DNA of 13,525 bases from Fidelibacterota bacterium (GCA_046861385.1 JBHHTW010000044.1:1-13525), one strand, 5' to 3'. Counted from the first letter of the stretch, positions 1 through 7,769 are shown. Program-made: numbers and translations. Notes: a model not told the origin generated them from the sequence alone.

Positions 1-33
1 TATTAAATGGAAATAATTAATTTGAGGTTCAGG

Positions 34-65
34 AAATCCCCCTTTTGAAAGGGGGTTTGGGGGTT
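34..65. repeat. GC-rich REP-like palindrome CCCCCTT-TTGA-AAGGGGG followed by a second G-run; possible terminator downstream of lhgO
   Basis: Stem CCCCCTT (38-44) pairs with AAGGGGG (49-55) around a 4-nt loop, followed by TTTGGGGGTT (56-65). It lies about 100 bp downstream of the lhgO stop in otherwise AT-rich DNA. The U-tract on the minus strand is weak (ATTTCCT). Confidence 0.55.
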
Positions 66-160
66 ATATCAAACATTGGGAAAATGCACTGATTGTTTAC
101 TCAACGATCTTTGAACAACAACCAAGTAAATGGGTAAACGAACCAAAAATCTGATTGTAC

Positions 161-1345
161 TTATAAATAATTTGTAATTTCTTTCGCAATGGCAAACGAC
201 GCCGTTGCTGCAGGAGAGGGCGCATTCAATACATGAATGGCCTGCTCGTTTTGAATAATGTGAAAATCATCCAGTAATTTCCCTGTAGATGAAAGAGCTT
301 GGGCCCGGACACCCGATCCGCCCGGACTCAAATCATCTGCTGTGATCTCGGGAATCATTTTCTGTAAAGCAGCAACAAACGCTTTTTTGGAAAAGGAGCG
401 TACCATTTCCCCCAATCCCGTTTTCCAGTAAGGTTTTGCCATTTTCCAAAAAGGATAGAAAGTCAGAGTCTCCAGCAATTCAGGCAGATTGATATTGGAT
501 TTATGATAACCCTCCCGGGCAAAAGCCAGAACAGCATTGGGTCCTGCTTCAATTTCACCATTTAATCTTCTCGTGAAATGAACGCCTAAGAAAGGAAATT
601 TGGGATCCGGAACCGGGTAAATCAGGTTTTTTACTAAATAACGGCTTTCTGGTTTAATCGTATAATATTCTCCCCTGAATGGAATGATTTTCATGTCCGG
701 TTTGGCACTGCTTAACACCGCTATTTTGTCCGTATACAGCCCTCCGCAGTTTATCAGCATTTTACCATGGTATTCATCTTTGGCGGTGGATACAACTGTT
801 TCGCTCCTTTTTGATTGAATGTCATCTGCTTTTGCAGAAAATATCATTTTTCCACCCCGTATTAATATGTCGTTTTTCAATGCATCCGCTACTTGACTAT
901 AATCCACAATGCCCGTTTCAGGACAATGAATAGCTTTAATTCCGGACACATGCGGTTCCATTTCATTCAGTTGTTTAGAATCAATCAAAGATAGACTGCC
1001 GATTCCGTTGGCTTTCCCCCTTTCGTATAGATCATCTAGCCTTGTTAATTCAGTTTCATCCGTTGCGACGATGACTTTTCCGCAGATCTCAAAAGGGAGT
1101 TCATGTTGGATACAAAAGTCCTTTAAAAGTCTGATTCCATTGCGGCAGGTACGGGCTTTTTTTGATCCGGGTTGATAATAAATACCGGAATGAATCACAC
1201 CGCTGTTGTGCCCTGTTTGATGTAAGGCCACATCTGTTTCTTTTTCCAGAATAAGAAGGTTTGTATCCGGTTTTTCTCTCAGTATAGTATACCCGGTTGT
1301 TAAACCAATTATTCCACCACCAATAATAATAACGTCATATTTCAT
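161..1345 (-). CDS. lhgO: L-2-hydroxyglutarate oxidase (LhgO/DAO-family FAD-dependent oxidoreductase)
   Basis: N-terminal Rossmann motif DVIIIGGGIIG, then HQTGHNSGVIHSGIYY, PFRGEYY, IYPVPDPKFPFLGVHFT, GPNAVLA, GVRAQA and C-terminal NAPSPAATAS. Start placed at ATG 1345 (MKYDV) rather than TTG 1393. Confidence 0.93.
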   Translation of the reverse strand: MKYDVIIIGGGIIGLTTGYTILREKPDTNLLILEKETDVALHQTGHNSGVIHSGIYYQPGSKKARTCRNGIRLLKDFCIQHELPFEICGKVIVATDETELTRLDDLYERGKANGIGSLSLIDSKQLNEMEPHVSGIKAIHCPETGIVDYSQVADALKNDILIRGGKMIFSAKADDIQSKRSETVVSTAKDEYHGKMLINCGGLYTDKIAVLSSAKPDMKIIPFRGEYYTIKPESRYLVKNLIYPVPDPKFPFLGVHFTRRLNGEIEAGPNAVLAFAREGYHKSNINLPELLETLTFYPFWKMAKPYWKTGLGEMVRSFSKKAFVAALQKMIPEITADDLSPGGSGVRAQALSSTGKLLDDFHIIQNEQAIHVLNAPSPAATASFAIAKEITNYL

Positions 1346-1495
1346 CACTAAATTTAACTTAAATCGGCAACAACAATGTTCTACAGTTATCAAATAAGAT
1401 CAGGTTTCATGCTGGTTTTTTGAGCAGTATGATCCGATTATTTCTAATGTTATTGGGTATTTCTTTTTAAATTGATTTATTCAGTCGGCGCAAAT

Positions 1496-1530
1496 GATTT
1501 ATTATTTGTAAATAAATATTGTAATAAATC
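1496..1530. promoter_or_regulatory. Perfect 9-bp inverted repeat GATTTATTA-N17-TAATAAATC; candidate operator
   Basis: Arms at 1496-1504 and 1522-1530 are exact reverse complements. The right arm overlaps the predicted -35 element. Confidence 0.45.
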
Positions 1531-1547
1531 CGAATAAACATTAAACT
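1519..1547 (+). promoter_or_regulatory. Putative sigma70-type promoter of the polysaccharide operon
   Basis: TTGTAA (1519-1524), a 17-nt spacer, then TAAACT (1542-1547), ending 24 nt before ATG 1572. Confidence 0.5.
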
Positions 1548-1571
1548 AACCTGAATTAATTAGAATAAACC

Positions 1572-3518
1572 ATGAAAAAACTCGAAAGAATTATATTATT
1601 TCTTCTGATTCCCCTTCAGATATCGTTTGGCCAATCCATAGAAGAGCTGAAGCAGGTACAAAAAGCCTACAATGATATTGTTCGCATAAAACAGGCAGAA
1701 GAAGCCTTGGCAAAAGAATTAGGCAGAGATGAAGTGCTCATCGATGAAGTACCCACAAAAGTGTTAGTCAAACCCCAGGATATACTTTTATATTATTCGG
1801 AAAAAATGGCGAGGATTCAAACGGAATTAAAGGACCTGGAAGATTTAATACCCCTCATCAATAAACCAGATAAATTACCATTTTACGGCTATAATTATTT
1901 TTTCGTTCGTGATACACTTACCTATTGGCAGAATCGTCCGGTTTCTGATAATTATCCCCTCGGCCCCGGAGATGAAATCATTATTTCATTATGGGGTGAA
2001 GCTGAACATTTAGTTAAACAAACCATTTCAAGGGATGGGTCAATTATTGTTGAAAACGTGGGTAATCTCTTCCTGGGGGGTAAAACAATCAATGAAGCGA
2101 AACCATATATTCAAAACAGATACGCAGCTGTTTATTCCACGATTCGCGGGAAAAAACCGTCGACATTTTTAGATTTATCCCTTGGAAAGCTAAAAGGGTT
2201 AAATGTGCAGATAACCGGTGCGGTGAATGCCCCCGGACTCTACGCAATCAATTCTTTGGCGACGGTAAATACTGCTTTAACACAGGCAGGCGGCATTGAT
2301 ACAACCGGTTCACTGAGAACCATTGTAATCTTGCGTAACGGTTCAGCGGTAGATACTTTGGATTACTACGCGTTTTTAAATGGAAAGTCCCGTTTAAATG
2401 ACAGTCGTCTTTTGGAAAGAGATATAATTCATGTGCCGAATCGTAAAAGTATAGTCACCATAGATGGCGCCATATGGCAGCCTGCTCATTTTGAAATGCT
2501 TCCCGGTGAAACCATCAAGGATCTGATTGGATATGCCGGAGGTGTTCGGCCGAATGCCGGTAATACATTTGTGTTAGTTCACCGGTACAATAATAATCAG
2601 CAAGCTGAATATGTTTCTTCCGAAAATATCAATAATATTCTCATAGAAAATGGGGATAGCCTCTATATCCCAATAAAGCAATTACCATTATTAACCGTTT
2701 CAATTGCCGGTGAAGTTGCCAGCATTGGGACGTACCCCTGGTTCGCCGGTATGACTCTTATGGATTTACTCCAGGTTGCAGGCTTTGAATATGAGAAAGC
2801 ATATTCTTCTGCCAACATGAATGCAGCAGAATTGGTACGCTTGCAAATTGATGGTGGTGGATTTAAACCCGTCACCGTGGATGTATCAGGTCTTTTATCA
2901 GGTAATGAAGAATCAAATATCGAATTATATCCTTACGATCGTCTTACGATTCCCAGGAAAAAAGATTTAATGGCTTCTAGAATAGTTGTGATCCAAGGTG
3001 AAGTATCTGCCCCTGGGACCTACCCACTGCTCCATAATCAGGAATCATTAAATTCTTTGCTAAAACGCTCTGGCGGTGTAACCGAATTGGGATTTAAAGA
3101 GGGAATTTCCATCCTTCGCGATGGCTATCATGTGGGCTGGTCTAACGAAAATGCGTTTCTTGTGCCCGGGGACACTGTAGAAGTTCCGATAAAAACCGGT
3201 ACCATATATGTCACGGGCGCTGTCCACAATCCCGGTGCCTTCACCTGGGAAAAGGGAAAATCAATCAAATATTATCTACGACTCGCAGGGGGAATTAATA
3301 CCCTGGGAGATCCCAAGCACATTTTCATTCAATATCCCAATGGACAGGGAGCGCCTGTAACCTTTTGGCATAAACCGGTTGTATTGGAAGAATCTAAAAT
3401 CCATGTAAGTGGTAAACCTTTTGCCGCACAAACGGCCACTACCTCATTGGACATTATTCAGCAGTTTGCCGGAATTGCAGGCTCTTTGGCAACGCTTGTG
3501 TTGATAATGAACAACTAA
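1572..3518 (+). CDS. Polysaccharide export protein (OPX; Wza/KpsD-like) with Poly_export domain and multiple SLBB domains
   Basis: Sec signal peptide (MKKLERIILFLLIPLQISFG-Q). Poly_export motif YPLGPGDEIIISLWG...ISRDGSI. Repeated SLBB motifs: ITGAVNAPGLY...AGG, IDGAIWQPAHF...AGG, IAGEVASIGTY, IQGEVSAPGTY...SGG, VTGAVHNPGAF...AGG. Hydrophobic/amphipathic C-terminal helix. Confidence 0.9.
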   Translation: MKKLERIILFLLIPLQISFGQSIEELKQVQKAYNDIVRIKQAEEALAKELGRDEVLIDEVPTKVLVKPQDILLYYSEKMARIQTELKDLEDLIPLINKPDKLPFYGYNYFFVRDTLTYWQNRPVSDNYPLGPGDEIIISLWGEAEHLVKQTISRDGSIIVENVGNLFLGGKTINEAKPYIQNRYAAVYSTIRGKKPSTFLDLSLGKLKGLNVQITGAVNAPGLYAINSLATVNTALTQAGGIDTTGSLRTIVILRNGSAVDTLDYYAFLNGKSRLNDSRLLERDIIHVPNRKSIVTIDGAIWQPAHFEMLPGETIKDLIGYAGGVRPNAGNTFVLVHRYNNNQQAEYVSSENINNILIENGDSLYIPIKQLPLLTVSIAGEVASIGTYPWFAGMTLMDLLQVAGFEYEKAYSSANMNAAELVRLQIDGGGFKPVTVDVSGLLSGNEESNIELYPYDRLTIPRKKDLMASRIVVIQGEVSAPGTYPLLHNQESLNSLLKRSGGVTELGFKEGISILRDGYHVGWSNENAFLVPGDTVEVPIKTGTIYVTGAVHNPGAFTWEKGKSIKYYLRLAGGINTLGDPKHIFIQYPNGQGAPVTFWHKPVVLEESKIHVSGKPFAAQTATTSLDIIQQFAGIAGSLATLVLIMNN

Positions 3519-3535
3519 GTCATTAATTTTATTGA

Positions 3536-5173
3536 ATGAATAATACTGAGCATTACAATATATTTCAATGTGGCCTGTTATCTGCCCATTTTGATCATAT
3601 AAACAAATTCAAGCAAACTGTTGTTGATTACGGCATTAATGGTACGCCATTTAAGACCGCAAAATATCTTCCCTTCCGAAAGATAATCTGCCTGATATTA
3701 TTTATTTTCTGTTTTATCTCAATATCTTTTCCTCAAGTTTACACCCCAGCTGATCCATATTATTTATTAGAATTGGATAGAGCTTTATTTGATAGTGACA
3801 CCCATGCCCAGACGACCATTATAAGACCTTTTTACATTGATAATGGTCAGCAATGGTCCATTTGGTTTCGAAGTGAATACTACCTGAATGATAATGCGCC
3901 TAATCAGGAAAATATGGATGTCAGATATTTCGGCAAAGGGGTCGGCATGTTCAACAGTTTACACATGTCCTTTTATAATGATTTTATAGCGTTTAGTTTT
4001 GAACCTTATATGCTGCAAGGGGAAAATAAAGCGGTGAAAATATATGACCGTCCGGGATCATTTGCTGTATTAAACGATACGCCAAAAAATCTCAATACAA
4101 AATTTTCAAAAGGAGGTCTTCGGGATGCTCAGGTGTATCTCCATTTTAAAGGATTTGGAATAGGGATTTCAAACGCTGGTATGTGGTGGGGCCCCGGAAT
4201 ACAGGGAACCCTGTCTATGACGAATAATACGATTGGGTTTCCCCATTATATGCTGGGTACCATTCGGGAATTGCGCTGGAGGAATATAGGCTTTATGGGT
4301 CGTTATACGTTTGCTGAGATTGCACGAAAACCTTATGTGGATCCGACATATTTCACATCTCTTACTGGAATAATTTCGTTTTATGTAAATCCCATTATTT
4401 CTATTGGCTTTAGCCGAAATTATCTTTCAGGAGGAGTGGATGTGGGGACTCCTTGGACAGCGGAAAGAGCAGCCCTGATTGTTTTTGAAAGCTTCCTCAT
4501 TGAAAATAATTATATAAATGATTATACCATTGCCGGTCATGATCCGTTCGATCAAACATTATCCGGCTATTTTTCCATGTGGTATCCAGATTCAAAACTG
4601 AAATTGTATCTGGAAATTGGTTTCAATGATAATCGTCAGAATTTCTGGGATTTTGTTGTTCAGCCGGACCATGCAATGGCCACCATCATTGGGTTTCAGC
4701 ATTATAAATTTTTAGGAAATAAAAATCTCTTATTTGGATTTGAATATGCAAACTTAATTAATGGCCGCATGCAAGTATTTCGAGTGACACCACCTTGGTA
4801 TAACAGGAGCCATTACGATCATTTTTCTTACGAAGGGCGACGCTGGGGAGCGCACAGCGGCTCCGATTCCGATGATTTGTTAATATTTTTCGGATGGATG
4901 GGGGATAAATGGACTATCATTCCCATGTGGAATTATGAGCGTCACGGTGTTACAACTTATCGTCCCAATGAAATCAAATCAGAAATACGTTTGGATACCC
5001 GATATCAATTAACATCAGATATGCAATTAGGCGTTTATTATGAATGGCAGTATGAAGCGCATTTAGGCTTTCCAAAAGATCATTATTTTATTAATGAAAT
5101 TACGGGAGAACGCAGAACACACACACTCATACTGCGGTTTGAATATACAATTAAGAATTATATGAAAAACTAA
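3536..5173 (+). CDS. wzi: Capsule assembly Wzi-family outer-membrane beta-barrel protein
   Basis: WWGPGIQGTLSMTNN motif as recalled for the Caps_assemb_Wzi family, Y..H....Y.GRRWG segment, and alternating aromatic beta-strands. It follows the OPX gene. The start is uncertain because the hydrophobic signal-like stretch begins only at about residue 50. Confidence 0.75.
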   Translation: MNNTEHYNIFQCGLLSAHFDHINKFKQTVVDYGINGTPFKTAKYLPFRKIICLILFIFCFISISFPQVYTPADPYYLLELDRALFDSDTHAQTTIIRPFYIDNGQQWSIWFRSEYYLNDNAPNQENMDVRYFGKGVGMFNSLHMSFYNDFIAFSFEPYMLQGENKAVKIYDRPGSFAVLNDTPKNLNTKFSKGGLRDAQVYLHFKGFGIGISNAGMWWGPGIQGTLSMTNNTIGFPHYMLGTIRELRWRNIGFMGRYTFAEIARKPYVDPTYFTSLTGIISFYVNPIISIGFSRNYLSGGVDVGTPWTAERAALIVFESFLIENNYINDYTIAGHDPFDQTLSGYFSMWYPDSKLKLYLEIGFNDNRQNFWDFVVQPDHAMATIIGFQHYKFLGNKNLLFGFEYANLINGRMQVFRVTPPWYNRSHYDHFSYEGRRWGAHSGSDSDDLLIFFGWMGDKWTIIPMWNYERHGVTTYRPNEIKSEIRLDTRYQLTSDMQLGVYYEWQYEAHLGFPKDHYFINEITGERRTHTLILRFEYTIKNYMKN

Positions 5174-5212
5174 ACCGGAATGAACCATACCGATTGATAA
5201 GGAATATAAAAA

Positions 5213-6442
5213 ATGAGAAGGAATATGAAAAAACCAGAAATTGTATCACTCATATTGATTACACTTTTATCTTTCTCCTGTAAAAAAATAGTATATGTTG
5301 AGAATAATCCACCAGTGAATACCGGATTCATGAGGACATTTGGGACCGATTTTTATGATTATGGATGGGGTGTCGATGAAACTTTTGATGACGGATTTAT
5401 TATTGCAGGGGCAAAACAATCCAGAACAGACTTAACCAAGGATGCTGTTTTAATCAAAACAGATGAGAAAGGATTTGGTGTATGGGAAAAGAATTATGGC
5501 GGAACTGGAGATGAGGAATTTTATTCAGTAAAACAATGTCTAAACGGGGGCTTTATTGCTGTGGGTTATACATCCTCTCACGGAGATTTTAAACAAGTAT
5601 ATGTAGTGAAAACGGATTCTTATGGCACCATAGAATGGGAAAAAATCGATGGCGGTCCGAATCTGGATGTTGGGAATGAGATTATTGAAACGAGAAGTGG
5701 AAATTTTATCATTGTTGGTTTTACGAATTCTCCCGGCATAAGTCATGGGAATCATGACATTTGGCTTCAGAAAATTGATAATAAAGGCAATAATATTTGG
5801 AGAAAAGCGTATGGTAAAATAAATCATGAAGTCGGGTATGACGTCAGGGAATTGGAGAATGGAAATTTATTGGTATTAGGATATAAAGACTTTTATGGAG
5901 ATGCGGGGAAAGATACTTATCTGTTTAAAACAGATTCTATCGGAGGCGTGCTATGGGAAAAGACATTTGGCTCTTCTGGCGAATATGATGAAATCGGCTA
6001 TTCCATTGACGAAGTTTATCCTTCGGGATATGTGATTTGCGCATCTACAAATTCTCGAGGCAACGGGTGGTATGACCCCCAAATTATTAAAATAGACTAT
6101 GATGGAAATATGGATTGGTCCGGTATTTATAACGGTAGTAGCTATGGATATACACGATGGGTATCGACCCCCACATATGACGGAGGTACGATCATAGCCG
6201 GAACGACAACACATTTTAATGGCAATAATGAAGATATATATATGATTAAAATTGATGCAAGCGGCCAACAACTCTGGAATAAATCATTTGAGGGAAAAAG
6301 TTCTGATTTGGGTTGGGCGGTGAAAGAAACCCGTCTCAATAACTTAATCCTCGTGGGCTCTACAAAATCATATGGGCGTGGATTATATGATATTTTTCTT
6401 ATGAAAACTGATGAATATGGACATTATGACTTCGATAATTAA
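5213..6442 (+). CDS. Lipoprotein with seven ~52-aa repeats (probable 7-bladed beta-propeller)
   Basis: AAGGA SD-like sequence upstream of ATG 5213. Lipobox-like LSFS-C23 (Cys codon at 5279). Seven repeats of W.K..GG...D.G..V.E...G.II.G.T.S.G...D.YL.KTD..G from about residue 39 to the C-terminus. Confidence 0.8.
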   Translation: MRRNMKKPEIVSLILITLLSFSCKKIVYVENNPPVNTGFMRTFGTDFYDYGWGVDETFDDGFIIAGAKQSRTDLTKDAVLIKTDEKGFGVWEKNYGGTGDEEFYSVKQCLNGGFIAVGYTSSHGDFKQVYVVKTDSYGTIEWEKIDGGPNLDVGNEIIETRSGNFIIVGFTNSPGISHGNHDIWLQKIDNKGNNIWRKAYGKINHEVGYDVRELENGNLLVLGYKDFYGDAGKDTYLFKTDSIGGVLWEKTFGSSGEYDEIGYSIDEVYPSGYVICASTNSRGNGWYDPQIIKIDYDGNMDWSGIYNGSSYGYTRWVSTPTYDGGTIIAGTTTHFNGNNEDIYMIKIDASGQQLWNKSFEGKSSDLGWAVKETRLNNLILVGSTKSYGRGLYDIFLMKTDEYGHYDFDN

Positions 6443-6498
6443 CTTTATTGGCTTGATAAATATTATTGAACAAGTTCCGCTCTAATAATCAAAAACGC

Positions 6499-7737
6499 AT
6501 GACACAGAATAAACAAGAGACTGTAAAAGACATTATGTTCAAAGTAATGCAGCATTTTGGCTATCGTCACCAATACGAGGTGGCTAAGTATTTTAATGTT
6601 ACTGCCCAGACTTTATCCGGATGGATAAAAACAAATACAATTCCCACTAAACATCTGGTTAAATACACGCAAGAGATTGCCGAACCAGACAACGATCAAC
6701 GAGTTAATATTGAAAAAGAAAAGATTTTTGTAGAACTTCCCATGTCGTCCGATCGTCGAGAATTTTCTGAGAAATTAATTTCTATTACAAAAATTCGATC
6801 TTTACTGGCAAAATCAATTCGGCTCCTTATTCTGCTGCCGGTTCTTTTTTCGAGTATATCAGCTGTATATGTTTTTTTTATTGCCGACCCTGTTTATTCA
6901 TCAATATCCAAAGTTCTTCCTATTGCAGAAGATAATAATGCTCTTTCAGGAATATCAGGAATGGCCTCACAATTTGGGTTTAATATTCCAACGGGCGTCG
7001 GTAGTGTAATTCCATGGGACGATCTCTACCCTGAAATTGTTCATAGCGAGAACTTAATGCGGGTAATTGTCCAAAAAAAAATAAAGTCCGAAAAATACGG
7101 CCCAGATATAACACTTCTTGATGTGTTGGCATCCGAAGGCAGGTATGACGATGAAGAACACGATGTAAAATTAAAAATGGCTGTTGAGAATCTAAAAAAA
7201 ATGATCACAGTTCAAAAAAATAGACTTTCCCCGATTGTCACCATTGTTGTAAATGGAATAGAACCCCAGTTTGCAAGCGATATTGCATCGGCGGTTCTTG
7301 ATGAATCTGGAAAAATCCTTCGTAATCTTAAAACAAAACAGATAACTGAGAAAAGACTATTTATCGAAAACCGCATTGTGGAAGTTCGGGCATCCCTCCT
7401 GGAAGCAGAAAATGCAGTGGAAGAATTTCGCCATACCAATCGAAATATCAATCAGTCTGCATTTTTATCTATTGAAGAAAATCGACTAACAAGAGAAGTT
7501 GAACTTCAAAATAGTCTTTATGTTACATTGAAAACCCAATACGAACAGGCCAAGATAGAAGAAGTAGAAGAGGCAACATTGATTCAAATTATTGATGGGC
7601 CATTGAAACCGTTGAAAATGATATCCCCTAAACCATTCATTACAATATCTCTTTCATTCTTTTTTGGATTTATTCTTGCGCTTTTTACTGTGTATTCCCG
7701 AGAGTATATCTTTAGCTCTGATAAATTAACACCTTGA
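6499..7737 (+). CDS. Polysaccharide co-polymerase (Wzz/GNVR type, no kinase domain) with an N-terminal phage CI-repressor-like HTH domain
   Basis: HTH-like segment IMFKVMQHFGYRHQYEVAKYFNVTAQTLSGWIKTNTIP. TM1 (~6823-6885) is followed by PVYSSISKVLP. Periplasmic coiled coil (FIENRIVEVRASLLEAENAVEEFR...LKTQYEQAKIEE), Pro-rich IQIIDGPLKPLKMISPKP, then TM2 (7636-7695). ATG 6499 is preferred over TTG 6466. Confidence 0.85.
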   Translation: MTQNKQETVKDIMFKVMQHFGYRHQYEVAKYFNVTAQTLSGWIKTNTIPTKHLVKYTQEIAEPDNDQRVNIEKEKIFVELPMSSDRREFSEKLISITKIRSLLAKSIRLLILLPVLFSSISAVYVFFIADPVYSSISKVLPIAEDNNALSGISGMASQFGFNIPTGVGSVIPWDDLYPEIVHSENLMRVIVQKKIKSEKYGPDITLLDVLASEGRYDDEEHDVKLKMAVENLKKMITVQKNRLSPIVTIVVNGIEPQFASDIASAVLDESGKILRNLKTKQITEKRLFIENRIVEVRASLLEAENAVEEFRHTNRNINQSAFLSIEENRLTREVELQNSLYVTLKTQYEQAKIEEVEEATLIQIIDGPLKPLKMISPKPFITISLSFFFGFILALFTVYSREYIFSSDKLTP

Positions 7738-7769
7738 TAATATGACATCAAAAAAATACACAAACGATG

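Noticed and set aside
1346-1393. N-terminal extension MITVEHCCCRFKLNLV of the lhgO ORF (TTG start, CCC triplet)
   Set aside because: LhgO family proteins start just before the GxGxxG strand. ATG 1345 fits that, so the extension is most likely untranslated.
1346-1571. JUMPStart/ops (RfaH) antitermination element upstream of the operon
   Set aside because: No GGCGGTAG-like ops sequence is seen, and the predicted leader is very short.
2663-2875. 70-aa antisense ORF inside the OPX gene
   Set aside because: Shadow ORF with no recognisable motif.
5199-5233. Short imperfect repeat AAGGAATAT(G)AAAAAA twice around the lipoprotein start
   Set aside because: Two low-complexity copies, explicable by the RBS and two alternative Met starts (5213 and 5225).
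5540-6339. Three antisense ORFs (95, 106 and 65 aa) inside the propeller lipoprotein gene
   Set aside because: They fully overlap a well-supported gene and show no motifs.
6444-6464. TTTAT-N7-ATAAA and ATAAATATT (shared with 1512-1520) upstream of the HTH-co-polymerase gene as an autoregulatory site
   Set aside because: The arms are only 5 bp of pure AT and no well-spaced promoter is evident, so it is not distinguishable from chance.
6872-7201. Homopolymers T8 (6872-6879), A9 (7073-7081) and A8 (7194-7201) in the HTH-co-polymerase gene as phase-variation or slippage sites
   Set aside because: The frame is intact, similar T8 runs occur in wzy (9209-9216, 10323-10330), and such runs are expected in AT-rich Phe/Lys codons. 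Read-level indel data would be needed to support this.
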